A stretch of 64,000 nt of DNA from an uncultured delta proteobacterium. Its GTDB lineage: Bacteria > Desulfobacterota > Binatia > Binatales > Binataceae. The stretch lies in the NCBI GenBank assembly GCA_963711565.1, contig CAVQEQ010000004.1, forward strand, positions 576,001 to 640,000, written 5' to 3'. The notes beneath the pieces are model-generated. The model searched no databases. It was not told the DNA's origin and worked only from the letters and a program-made list of their open reading frames with translations. Of the stretch, positions 1 to 10,300 are shown piece by piece (the stretch's first letter is position 1; each line of letters begins with the position of its first letter). The translations under genes and the position numbers were made by a program.

Positions 1-578
1 GGCGTGGGACTCATCGACCCCGTTGGCGTCGGCGTTGCAGTTGCAGTTGGCGTCGGCATCGGCGTCGGACCGGTCACGCCTTCGCCGCGCAGCTCGACCT
101 TCTGCGGACTCCTGGATGCGGAGTCGGTAAACGTGAGTCCCGCCTTGTCCTTTATTTTGCCGATCGAGGTCGGATGGAATTCGACCCCTACCTGGCATCG
201 ATTCCCCGCAGCCAGCAGCGCCCCGGAGCATCCGTCGCTTTCGATCTGAAAGGGAGGCGCGGCAACGATACTCTCGAAACTGACTGAAACTGACTTCGAT
301 TTGTTCGTAACCACCACGCTTATTGCCGCGCTGTTCAGCGTCGCAATAACTTTCCCGAACTCGAGCTTTTGAGGTTCCAGTTTAAGTCTTGGGCATTGGT
401 TCAGTTTGCAAACTGAACCCGTGTCAAGTGTTGCGATAGCTCTCTTATGCGTGTCCGACGAAGCGGCGTGATCGCCCGCGACCGCCAGGTCATAAACAGA
501 CATCGCCACCCCGGCAACCACCAGAACCAGAAATATCCCCCGATGCAATCGAGGTCTATTTGAGAATTTACCCATCAT
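1..578 (-). CDS. Secreted/surface protein, N-terminal part (Ig-like ASH/choice-of-anchor D domain followed by Pro/Thr linker); runs off the left edge
   Basis: Not in the ORF track because it has no stop in the window. Minus-strand translation from ATG 578: MMGKFSNRPRLHRGIFLVLVVAGVAMSV (signal-like)...KLEPQKLEFGKV...VVVTNKSKS...PPFQIESDGCSGALLAAGNRCQVGVEFHPTSIG...LTFTDSASRSPQKVELRGEG, then PTPMPTPTATATPTP. Confidence 0.8.
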   Translation of the reverse strand, partial: MMGKFSNRPRLHRGIFLVLVVAGVAMSVYDLAVAGDHAASSDTHKRAIATLDTGSVCKLNQCPRLKLEPQKLEFGKVIATLNSAAISVVVTNKSKSVSVSFESIVAAPPFQIESDGCSGALLAAGNRCQVGVEFHPTSIGKIKDKAGLTFTDSASRSPQKVELRGEGVTGPTPMPTPTATATPTPTGSMSPT

Positions 579-676
579 CCCGGATACAGCCGATAAAAGG
601 TACGCTCACCCCGAAGCAGATTACAACATCCAGCAGTTTACAGCCCCGCCCCCCGATCCGAGACGGTCGTGATCAG

Positions 677-1474
677 ATCCCGTCTCTTTTCTTCCCCTCC
701 CCCTACAGATGAATGTAGGACGGAATTCATTCCGTCAACTCAGGATGCCCGACGCACCCTTCTTCCCCTCTCCCAGAATGGGAGAGGATCGAAGGTGAGG
801 ATCCTTATACAGCGCGCGATTTTTTCGCGCGCGATTCAAGATTCTGGTGTCTGCTTGGGTGTGTCCATCGAGGTCATGCAAAGTTCTTCTGTCACGGAGA
901 GGATCGAAGAGCCAGCCCTGAGCTTGCCGAAGGCTCAGGGTCCGGGTTAGGGTGTCACGTTCCGCGCCACTGACTATTCGCCTCGGCCGCTTAGTTGCGG
1001 GAGAGGCCGCACCGAAGGAGCGGGTGAGAGTGTTTTTACAGCGCAATTCGCGCGATCCAAGATTCCGCTCTTACTCTTATCCCTCGCCCCAGTCAGGATG
1101 TAGCTCTCTTATACCTCGCCCGTCACTTCACGGGAGAGGAGGCCGGCCGCATCGCGGCCGGTAGGTGAGGGTTCCGCGACTCAAGCAACAACCGGGCAAA
1201 AGCAGAACCCTCCGCGTCCGCGCCCCTCTCTTTCTGTCATTGAGAGCGGCCGCAGCAAAGAATCCCGGATTCTTTTCCCCCTCCCTGCAAGAGAATGTAG
1301 GACGGAATTCATTCCGTCAACTCAGGATGCCGCCGCACCCTTCTTCCCCTCTCCCTGTCAGGAGAGCTTTGCATAACTTCGTTGCGCACCTTTCCCCTCT
1401 CCCAGAATGGGAGAGGATCAAAGGTGAGGGTCCGATTACAGCGTGCATTTTCCGCACGCGATTCAAGATTCTGC
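677..1474. repeat. Mosaic cluster of REP-like palindromes containing a ~170-210 bp degenerate direct duplication
   Basis: 677-848 is similar to 1263-1474. Both contain GTAG-GACGGAATTCATTCCGTC (715-736, 1297-1318) and CCCCTCTCCCAGAATGGGAGAGG-ATC-AAGGTGAGG. Further degenerate units lie near 895-955, 1000-1067 and 1114-1173. Confidence 0.85.
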
Positions 1475-1635
1475 CAGGGTCGGTACGTCTGCGCATAGGT
1501 TACGCAGAAGAGACCTGCCTAGTGGCTTACCAATCCTGTTCGGGATGATAGTATCGATTCGAAGGAGCCTCTTCGTCGAGAGAGCGACCAAACGGTCGGC
1601 CACGAGGCTGTTGCGCGCTCTCGGAGGAGCAATCG

Positions 1636-2370
1636 ATGAAACCAATTCGACGGGAACTGCTGAACGGTCTGTTTGTGCTGGTGGTGGCTAGCCTGATCGG
1701 CGCGGTTTTTGTAGAGATCCTCGCGCAGTTCGCAACCGAATTATCCGCGTCGCGAGGAAAGGACGTGAGGCCCCGTCATGCCGCCGCGATCGCGCTGGCG
1801 GTTTCCGCTTTCGCTACATTTTCCTGCGGTAGCCAATCGCACCAGCAGGAAGCTCCGCCCGGAGAATCGGCTGTGACTTCTCCGAAGCGAACTCAAGCCA
1901 ATCCTGGAACCGCCACTTGTGCCGGTGGTTGCCCCTTGGAGGGGATCGGATTATACGATTCGGCTCCTGGCTGTTATGTCGGCATTATACCTGAGATGAA
2001 AAGCTATGCCGCCCCTTCTGCTGGCCAGCGCTGGGAGGATTCACCAAAAGAAGGCCCGCCATTCCCGGAAGCCAAAGCAGAGGTTTGCTTTGAGAGCGCG
2101 CAGTTTGGCATGCAACTGCACACAGTAAATGTCACGACCGCCAGTCCTGAGTGGAATTCCTTTTTCGATGAAGGGCGGTTGGACCTTCTTACAAAGGGAT
2201 ACGGACTCGATAGCACGGTCGATCTGCAAATTGAGGGCTATTTGGGAGGCGCGGCAACCTGGGCGAATCTGGAATGGACGTGCAAGACGACGATCCCCGA
2301 CCACAGGCGACTACTATGCAAGCATCGGTGGATGCGCCACACCGGGCCAGAGCTGGATGCAGGATCTTAA
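1636..2370 (+). CDS. Hypothetical membrane-anchored/lipoprotein-like protein
   Basis: 244 aa ORF with GGAGGAG RBS upstream; hydrophobic N-terminal segments and a possible lipobox (ATFSC). No family recognised. Confidence 0.55.
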   Translation: MKPIRRELLNGLFVLVVASLIGAVFVEILAQFATELSASRGKDVRPRHAAAIALAVSAFATFSCGSQSHQQEAPPGESAVTSPKRTQANPGTATCAGGCPLEGIGLYDSAPGCYVGIIPEMKSYAAPSAGQRWEDSPKEGPPFPEAKAEVCFESAQFGMQLHTVNVTTASPEWNSFFDEGRLDLLTKGYGLDSTVDLQIEGYLGGAATWANLEWTCKTTIPDHRRLLCKHRWMRHTGPELDAGS

Positions 2371-2476
2371 TTCGACAGTCTCAGCGATCAGAAGGCAATG
2401 TATTACCTGGAGGGGAACTAAGTCGCCCCGGATCGATCTGCCCGATACAGACTTAAACATGAAGTAGGTATATCGA

Positions 2477-3073
2477 ATGCTCAGAATCGGAAACCGTCGG
2501 CAGGAGATATATGACTACTTCCACAACAACGAAGCGTGTCAGCAATTCTTCTTCGATGCGGCACAGGAAGAAAGGTACGCAGCTTACTATACGAGCATGT
2601 ACCTAGTGCAAGATACGAGTGAGAGCCTCCTTGTTCATCGTGCGAGGGGATTTTCCTCAGATCCGCATGCGGCTTACATCGAATTTTGGGGCGGTATGCA
2701 GGCTCTTATCATCCAGCAAGACTCAATATCGGAGTTGTACAAAGCGGTGACCGCCGGTCAACTGGATATTCGGGCATTAAGTTCGTGGCAAACGGTCCGT
2801 ACACTTCGAAATGCTTGCGCCGGGCATCCTGCAAAGAAAGATCGTCCCAAGAACTCTCCTGTGACGAGGACCTTTATGGGACGCCGATTCGGGGGATATC
2901 CAGCGATTACTTACGAGCAATGGCAGGCGCAAAAAGGCATCACTCATCCAACAGTAAAACTCGACGCGCTGATCGACGGATATGCGAAGGAAGCGGCGGC
3001 CAAGCTATTGGAGGTGTTGCAGTCGATGAAGGAGCAATGGCCAGCTTCCACTAAACAAAAGTGTGAGAGATAA
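2477..3073 (+). CDS. Hypothetical protein, possible HEPN-like RNase
   Basis: 198 aa helical-looking ORF containing an R-X5-H motif (LRNACAGHP). Confidence 0.6.
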   Translation: MLRIGNRRQEIYDYFHNNEACQQFFFDAAQEERYAAYYTSMYLVQDTSESLLVHRARGFSSDPHAAYIEFWGGMQALIIQQDSISELYKAVTAGQLDIRALSSWQTVRTLRNACAGHPAKKDRPKNSPVTRTFMGRRFGGYPAITYEQWQAQKGITHPTVKLDALIDGYAKEAAAKLLEVLQSMKEQWPASTKQKCER

Positions 3074-3171
3074 CCTGCTGAGGCTACGTGAAATGACCCT
3101 CCAGGCGCCTTCCTGCATGCCATCTGTCCTATTGCGCAGCTCGGTCGCCCCGCGGCCGCGAACTACGCCAT

Positions 3172-3507
3172 TTAGTGCGCTCCGTGCGTTGTTGCTTGAC
3201 CATCGCTGGAGATCCTATCTCCCTTCGCGACATATCGCCTCACCCGGACCTCGTGCTCCGCTTTCCGCGCCTGAGCCAAATCGAATGCAAGCTGCATTCG
3301 CATCAGATGCTCCATCTTCGGCCCGAACGCCGTCTCGACCCGCAGGCCCATCTCGCTCGTCAGCGCCGCCTTCCCATTCAGCAGGCTCGATAGCGCCTGC
3401 CGCCCGACCCCGAGCACCCTCGCGGCCTCGGTTACTGTCAGTCCGAGCGGCTCGATCACCTCGCGACGGATTAAACCGCCCACATGCGGAGGATTCTTCA
3501 TCGCCAT
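3172..3507 (-). CDS. higA: HigA-family antitoxin (XRE HTH), orphan
   Basis: MAMKNPPHVGGLIRREVIEPLGLTVTEAARVLGVGRQALSSLLNGKAALTSEMGLRVETAFG...LMRMQLAFDL is the typical HigA signature. Confidence 0.88.
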   Translation of the reverse strand: MAMKNPPHVGGLIRREVIEPLGLTVTEAARVLGVGRQALSSLLNGKAALTSEMGLRVETAFGPKMEHLMRMQLAFDLAQARKAEHEVRVRRYVAKGDRISSDGQATTHGAH

Positions 3508-3673
3508 AGCTCGTTGTCGCCTGTCGCGCGACAAGCGTCAGACAGATCGTTCGTTAGTCCGTCGGAGTTGGCCGCGTCTCCCAAGCTCTTAGCGATTCTT
3601 CCGAACCGCTCGAGGTTCGCCTACTTGGATGCGTTCCCGAAACATTCGTGTTTTATTCTCCTGAACTCCGGGA

Positions 3674-3689
3674 CGTTTCACGTGAAACG
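3674..3689. promoter_or_regulatory. parS: parS-like site 1 (ParB binding)
   Basis: Perfect palindrome CGTTTCACGTGAAACG matching the core of the TGTTTCACGTGAAACA parS consensus. Confidence 0.8.
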
Positions 3690-3852
3690 TTCCGGTCGAA
3701 TACCCCAGCAGATATCTACGCTTTTCGAGAATCCATCCGCGATTTGACTGCCATTCGCGCGCACGAACCGGCAACGAATCAACTCGTTGTTTACCGAATG
3801 CTCCGCCGCCGCGCTTCCCGATGCCTCACTTGCATGCAGCCGCGCCGGGGAA

Positions 3853-3868
3853 CGTTTCACGTGAAACG
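3853..3868. promoter_or_regulatory. parS: parS-like site 2
   Basis: Identical CGTTTCACGTGAAACG, inside a 22-bp perfect palindrome (3850-3871), 179 bp after site 1. Confidence 0.8.
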
Positions 3869-3958
3869 TTCGGGTCGAAAACTCCAACACACAATTACGC
3901 TTTTCGACAACTGATTGGCGATTTCGCACCAATTTGCGCAGCGCAATTCCGGCGAGCT

Positions 3959-4429
3959 TCAACTGATTGTCAGCGGCGTCTCGGCGAACTCCTTTTTCTC
4001 GGAATCCCAAGCGAAGGCTGCCGCGCGTGCGAACTTGCCCGCGCGAATCGACATCACGATATAGACCGTGTCGGGATAGTCGGGCTCCGTCGGATCGAAC
4101 GAGCACGCCTGCGCGCGGTCGGTCGCCGAGAAGTACGCGTCATGGTCGGGATGCGAATGGTAAACGACGCGGAGCGCCAGCTTGCGCCGATCGACTTCGT
4201 TCATCACCGCCAGATGCTCCTTCGGCTCCATCAGGAACGCCGTGCGCGCGTCGCGCGGAAACGCCGCCGGGTCCTTGGCATGCATCGCGTTCTGGATATT
4301 GGCGATCGGGCGCACTTCCTCGACCGCATCGTCGCCGATGATGAAGCCGCAGCACTCAAACGGGAACTCGCGCTCGCCCTGTGCGACGATCGCGTCCATG
4401 CTCGCGCGGCGTATCGATGCCGTCTTCAT
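3959..4429 (-). CDS. JAB/Mov34 (M67) metallopeptidase, Mec-like
   Basis: N-terminal PFECCG and the JAMM motif YHSHPDHDAYFSATD; its ATG overlaps the upstream stop (ATGA). Confidence 0.9.
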   Translation of the reverse strand: MKTASIRRASMDAIVAQGEREFPFECCGFIIGDDAVEEVRPIANIQNAMHAKDPAAFPRDARTAFLMEPKEHLAVMNEVDRRKLALRVVYHSHPDHDAYFSATDRAQACSFDPTEPDYPDTVYIVMSIRAGKFARAAAFAWDSEKKEFAETPLTIS

Positions 4430-5405
4430 CGGCTCTCCTTTTTCTCAGTGACGCGCTCCGCAGCTCGGATCAGCCGCGTCAGCATCCGGTTCGTCTCCGC
4501 CTCGAGGCCGAAGGCGTCGGCCAGCTCGACGATCCGGCCGTTGAGAGCGCCGATCTCGGTGCGCCCGCGAACGTGCAGGTCATGCCACATCGTCGGCCGA
4601 TGATCGAACGTCGGCGGAATCAACTGTTCGTAGAAAACCTTTCGATACTCGTCCGCATTCGCAAACGGAAGGGCGACGCCAACCGCGCGCGCGACCGCGA
4701 ACGCCTCGTCGATCGCGCGCTCCATTATTGCCCGCACGTCCGCATCCGCGGCGAGCGCGCCGTAGTGCAGCCGCAAAATCGCCCCGAGCGGATTCAGCGC
4801 GATGTTGTACAGAAGCTTGGTCCAGATAACGGGCGTGATATCGCCGGCTCCGCCGCGGGAACGCCGGCGGCGTCGAGCATCGCCGCAATCGCGCGAGCGC
4901 GCTCCGCCAGCGCCGGCGAGTCCTCGCGATTAATCGCGGGCGCCGGTCCGATCGCGACCGGCTGCGCGAACACCGTCACGTGCGCGCTCCCCGGCGCGGG
5001 AATCTCGGCGCCGAAGATCACGCGTGCGCCCAGCGCGCGCCGCGTCCCGAAGCGCTCGATCAACGACTCGATATTGCCGAGTCCATTTTGCATCGAGACG
5101 ATCACGCCGTCGCTGTTGAGGCGCTCGGCCAGCGCATCCGCAATCGATTCGGTGTCGTAACTCTTGACCGCGCACAGGATCAGACCGAAGCGACCGGCGA
5201 GCCGCGCGGGATCGTCGGCCAGCTTCATACCCGTGACGGTACGCTCGCCGAGCAGTCCCGAGATCCTCAAGCCGCCGCGCGCGATCGCGTCGAGATGCGC
5301 GCGACGGCCGAGCATCGTCACGTCGTGGCCGGCGTCATGCAGCATCCCGCCGAGAATCGAGCCGATCGCGCCGGCGCCCGCGATGAGAATGGGAGTGTCG
5401 GTCAT
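4426..5405 (-). pseudogene. panE: 2-dehydropantoate 2-reductase (PanE/ApbA family), single frameshift near 4845-4860 (real or sequencing error)
   Basis: N-half MTDTPILIAGAGAIGS...LCAVKSYD...SMQNGLGN. After a one-base shift it continues DITPVIWTKLLYNIALNPLGA...PTMWHDL...TEIGALNGRIV to stop 4426. Confidence 0.85.
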
Positions 5406-5486
5406 CGTGTCGAAGTTATCGGTCGCCGAATCGTTAGACAACGCCGCGCTTGCAGCCGGGCGATCGCGCGGATTAGGAAATAGGGG

Positions 5487-6329
5487 ATGGAACGGACTTC
5501 GATTCGGCTGGGCGGCGTCGAGCTGGCGTCGTCGGTGATGAACGCGTCGGGCGCGCGCTCGGCGGAGCGCGGCGAGATCCTCAAGCTGTGCGCGGCGCAT
5601 CGCGGCGCGATCGTGTTCAAGTCGTGCAATCGCGCCGGGCTCGACACGCCCGACAACCTGAAGAATCGCGGCGTCGAGTATTTTCAGTCAATCGCCGGCG
5701 AGCTCACTGCTCGCAACAAGAAGATTATCGGCAGCGTGGTCGGCGCCAGCGAAGAGGAATTCGTCAACGTCGCGAGGATGCTCGATCGTGCCGGCGTCAA
5801 CATCGTCGAGTTGAACCTCGCCGACGACTACGTCACAAAATCGGTGGCGCCGTTCGCCTCCTTCGAGCGCCTCAAATCGATCCTCGGCAGAGTTCGCGGC
5901 GAAACAGGATGCGTACTGGCAGTGAAAGTGCCGCCGCGCATGCCGTTCGAGCCGCGCGCGATCGCAGACCTGTTCAAGTCGATGCGCATCGCGATTGCGG
6001 TCTGCGCCAACGATCTCCCGAAGGATCTCGTTATCGACATCGCGCGCGCAACAGTCGAGGGACCGCCGCGCACGCTGTCGCAGGCGCACGCGTTTTTCAA
6101 GGAGAGCGAAAATCTGCTCGGCGTGGTCGCGGTCGGCGGAATCAATAGCGGGCGCGACGCATACATCGCGCATTTGACGGGCGCCAAGGCGGTGCAGGTG
6201 GGCTCTGCTCTGATGAAGGAGGGCGCGGGCGCGCTGGGCCGAATCGATCGCGAGCTGGATTCGATACTCGCCGAGCATGATCACAAATCAGTCTCTGAAA
6301 TCGTCGGCACGGTTCGCTTCAGCGGATGA
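5487..6329 (+). CDS. Divergent dihydroorotate-dehydrogenase-like FMN TIM-barrel protein
   Basis: MNASG, IVFKS, IIGSV, VELNL, LAVKV, VAVGGI and AVQVGSAL motifs of class 1 DHODH; the catalytic SCPN loop is replaced by ADDY. Confidence 0.8.
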   Translation: MERTSIRLGGVELASSVMNASGARSAERGEILKLCAAHRGAIVFKSCNRAGLDTPDNLKNRGVEYFQSIAGELTARNKKIIGSVVGASEEEFVNVARMLDRAGVNIVELNLADDYVTKSVAPFASFERLKSILGRVRGETGCVLAVKVPPRMPFEPRAIADLFKSMRIAIAVCANDLPKDLVIDIARATVEGPPRTLSQAHAFFKESENLLGVVAVGGINSGRDAYIAHLTGAKAVQVGSALMKEGAGALGRIDRELDSILAEHDHKSVSEIVGTVRFSG

Positions 6330-6447
6330 GCTTTCGCGCGGCTCGACCGCCGGCCGGAACGACTTGCTCCGCTTCTTGCGGCTCTGATAGTTTCGGCAGT
6401 CAGGCGCGCGCATAGCGCGCGTTCGTATTTTCAGGCTTCGCGCCAAC

Positions 6448-6525
6448 GTCCCCGTCGTCTAGCTCGGCCTAGGACACCGGCCTTTCACGTCGGTAACACG
6501 GGTTCAAATCCCGTCGGGGACGCCA
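6448..6525 (+). tRNA. tRNA-Glu (TTC)
   Basis: GTCCCCG/CGGGGAC acceptor stem, anticodon arm CCGGC-CTTTCAC-GTCGG, T-arm ACGGG-TTCAAAT-CCCGT, encoded CCA. Confidence 0.97.
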
Positions 6526-6647
6526 CAGTTTTTCTGCCTTTGGTTTCGGCACCAAAATAACGGGCGAACCGCTAAGTTTGTTTGCCACGAGTGTATTAGT
6601 GTTATAGGCTCGTATGCCATCCTACTCTTGGGTTTTTGGGGGCCGAT

Positions 6648-7316
6648 ATGGCTTTAGCGCGTTGGCAGCTTTTGATTTTATCCGTATTTTTCCTTGCGCT
6701 GCCTAACCTCGCGATAGCAAGCCCAGACAACCCTGAAGCCAATCTCTCGATGGTCCGATTGCCGGGCGAGGTACTGCCTGCGCTATCGGCGGCGACCAGG
6801 ATTGAGCCACAGCCGGACGAATCGAACCAGCCGATCACACTCACGATCGTTCTGAAGCGTGACGATCAGGCTGGGTTCGAGAAATATCTGCACGAGATCT
6901 ACGACCCGCATTCGAAAAATTTCCATCGCTACCTGACGCAGCGCCAGATCTCCAAACGGTTTGGTCCAAGCCTGCGCGATTACGCCTCGGTGCTCCGCTA
7001 CCTGCAAAAGAATGGCTTCAAGCTCATCCGGGGTTCAAAGAACCGGCTCACTCTAACAGTGAGAGCATCGACGCGTCGTGATGCGGAAAATGCTTTCGCA
7101 ATTCGAATCGGTCGCTATCGCATCGGCCAGCGAGAGTTCTATGCCAACGACAACGACCCGGCTTTACCCTCGCAGTTAGTATCGAAGGTGAAATCGATTT
7201 CCGGTCTTTCGAGCCTCGCGGTTGGCGAACGGGTCAAAATCCAGGACTTTGACAACGCCTGCACCGGCGCTCAGATCGCTTTGGGTGTGATACCAGAACG
7301 TCGGTCCGGTGTTTAG
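6648..7316 (+). CDS. Signal peptide plus pro-kumamolisin activation domain (N-terminal part of a split S53 protease)
   Basis: Signal peptide, then ITLTIVLKRDD...EIYDPHSKNFHRYLTQRQISKRFGPS...DPALPSQL...ISGL, typical of the S53 pro-domain. Confidence 0.85.
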   Translation: MALARWQLLILSVFFLALPNLAIASPDNPEANLSMVRLPGEVLPALSAATRIEPQPDESNQPITLTIVLKRDDQAGFEKYLHEIYDPHSKNFHRYLTQRQISKRFGPSLRDYASVLRYLQKNGFKLIRGSKNRLTLTVRASTRRDAENAFAIRIGRYRIGQREFYANDNDPALPSQLVSKVKSISGLSSLAVGERVKIQDFDNACTGAQIALGVIPERRSGV

Positions 7317-10300
7317 CTTCTGGGTCACTGTGGAATGTTTCGTGGTGGACAATTTCGTGGACTTCTTCGATGCGCTGAATGCGACGCCCGGAAGCGGTTA
7401 TCATTGTCGATTCTGTTCCGCGCAACCGTTAGGCGGTAAGACCTCAGCCAATTCAATCGTGAGTGGTACGGGTCAGACGGTCGGCTTGCTCGAATTCGAC
7501 AGCTATCAAACCAGCGATGTGAACGACTACCTCAACCTGCTCGGTCTGGCCGGCGCAACTCCGGCACCGATCGGCAATCTCAGCCAGGTGCCGGTTAACG
7601 GCGGGGTATCGCCGCCGGGGAGCGACCAGGATGAGGTGTTACTCGATATCGAAACGGTCATGACCTACGCGCCGGGCGCAAAGGTGGTGGTGTATGACGC
7701 GCCCTTCAACGGGGCCCAAGGCTACACCGATTTGTACAACGCGATGATTGACGGCGGCGTAACGATCATCAGCAATAGCTGGGCGTCCTGCGAGGACCAG
7801 GTATCGCTCGGCGACGCTCAGGGTATCGACACCGTGCTGCAGAATGCTGCCGCCGCAGGCATAAGTGTTTTCAATGGTACCGGCGACGACGGAAGCACTT
7901 GCCTGGATGGCGCCGCCAACACTATCTCGGTGCCCGCGGACTCGCCGAACGCGACCGCAGTCGGCGGATCGTCGATTCAGGCCGGAGCTGGTTACACGTA
8001 TGGCAGCGAAACCTGGTGGGGCGCGGACGGCGGACAGAATGGAGGCGGTTACGGCACCAGCAAATTCTTTTCAGCGCCGAGCTATCAATCAGGTCTAGGT
8101 GGCGGAGCTAATCGATCAATACCCGACGTCGTAATCAACGCCGATCCCGAATCGGGAATGATAGTTTGCGAGGCAAGTAATGGTGGCTGCCCGAACGGAC
8201 TCCTCTACGGTGGGACGAGTCTGGCAGCGCCGTTGTGGGCCTCCTTCGCCGCGCAACTCAACCAGGCGCAGGGCAGCAATCTGGGTTTTCTCAATCTATT
8301 GATTTATCCGCTCTCCGCCAGCGACGGATTCCACAACGCGGCTTCGATGAGCAGTGACTTCGCGCATGTGGGACTTGGTTCTCCTAACGTCGATGCGTTG
8401 CATTTACTTTTGACTCGAGAGACGGCAGGACTGCCGGATGCTGCAAATTCGCAAGTCGTCGATAGCTCGACGATCGTTGAAGATGCCCAAGTGCCTGCCG
8501 TCTCCCTACCCGCGGACGGCACCTCGCAAGGTGTCGTAGTAGTGAGACTGGTGGATGCCAACGGCAACATCGTAAGTGGCAAGACAGTTTCACTCGCCCC
8601 GACGGCTGGAAGCGCGAAAATCAGTCCGGCGAGCACCACATCGAGTGTGAATGATGGGACGGCCGTTTTCATGGTCACCGACCTCACTCCCGAAACGATC
8701 ACGCTGAGTGCGACGGATACCACCGACAGCATAAGCCTCAGCGAAACCGCGAGCGTCTCGTTTGTCACCCCTGTAGCGGCGGGCGCCAGCCTCACGGCAG
8801 GACCATCGGAGGTGACGGCGGATGGCAAGACACCGGCGGACATAACTATTGTGCTGCAGGATTCTCTGGGTCGTGCCACGCCCGGAAAGCTGATACAGAT
8901 TTCCCAGACTGGCGGCAATTCCGTCATCAGCGGACCGAATCCGCCCGTCACCAATGCCAGCGGTCAGATCGAATTCACCGCGGTCAACTCGAACAACGAA
9001 ACCATCACCTATTCCGCCGTCAACGTGACCGATGGGAACCTGGCGTTACCGGAGACCGGCACTGTTACCTTCAGCGACGCGCCCGAGCCCGGTTGCTCCA
9101 ACACCTTCGTCGCGGCGCCGGGGTTTGTCGCCCAGCCATACGCGACCGGTTTCCTCGCGCAGAACTTCTGTGTGGACGGCATCTGCACCAGCGGATGTTC
9201 GGGAGCATTTGGGCTGGCCTTTGACGCCAGCAGCAACCTTTACGTTTCCGATCAGCCGACCGGCGACGTGTACAAGATTCCGCCCGGCGGCGGAGTCGCC
9301 AACTCGAGCACGTTGTTGACTCAGACCGCCCTCCCGACGCTGATCGGACTCGCCGTTGACGGCAGTGGCAATCTCTACGGCGGCGTCAACGAAGCCGGTA
9401 CGCTTTACGCCCCTGGCGGCGGCGAGGTGGTGAAGATCGATACGTCCACGGGCGCGATCGACAGCACAGTTGCGTCGGGGCTGACTTGTCCGGGGCTAAT
9501 CGCGATCGATCCGTTGAGCGGCGACCTGTTTGCAGACGACAACTGTTCGGGAAATGCCGGGGGAGGGGGCCTGAACGACGCGTCGTTGTGGCGAATCTCA
9601 AATCCTGCCGGGTCGCCGAGTGTATCGCTGTACACGACACTGCCAGGGAGCCCGAACGGAACAGAAGCATTCGCGCCCGGCGGAACTATCTATATCACCA
9701 CCGACGGCGGCGGAAGTACGGTGGCGGTGATCAGCGGTACCAACGGACCAACGACTCCGACGGTGAACACTCTCACAGGACTGCCTCTATTCGGGCTCGG
9801 ACTGCTGGCGATGGGATCGGAAGCAGGCGGCGCCGCTCAATACCTCATCTCCACGTTCGATCCGGTGGCAAATGTTCCCGGCGGCATCGGAACATTCGAC
9901 TTGACCACCACTCCCGTCAGTCAGAGCTCGACCGTCGTGACCAACGGCCCTGAGGCGCCTGGGATGACGATAGGTCCCGACGGATGCATGTATGCGGCGC
10001 GTGGGGTCGCGGTGTTCAGGATCACCGACACCACGGGCGCATGCACCTATGCGGCTCAGACTCCCGCGGCATCGCTGTACCTCTCGCCGATTGGAATTTC
10101 CCCAAATCCGGCACAAGGCACGCCGCAGACCTTCATTGCCCAATTTCACAACGTTGACGCGCCGGCGGGAACGCCGGTTTCGTTCTCTGTGACGGGAGCC
10201 AACCCGCAGGGCCAAATCGGCAACACCGACACGAGCGGCACCTCATCGTTTACCTATACGGCCGCGCATGCGGGCACCGACACAATCGAAGCGTCGGCGA

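Noticed and set aside
4-249. Plus-strand 81-aa ORF rich in VAVGVG
   Set aside because: Antisense shadow of the Thr/Pro linker of the minus-strand surface protein.
677-1474. Possible CRISPR array
   Set aside because: Units are heterogeneous and irregularly spaced, with no constant repeat/unique spacer pattern and no cas genes.
669-1691. Several short ORFs over the repeat cluster
   Set aside because: They translate palindromic repeats (PLPEWERIKGEG-type text) and show no protein-family signal.
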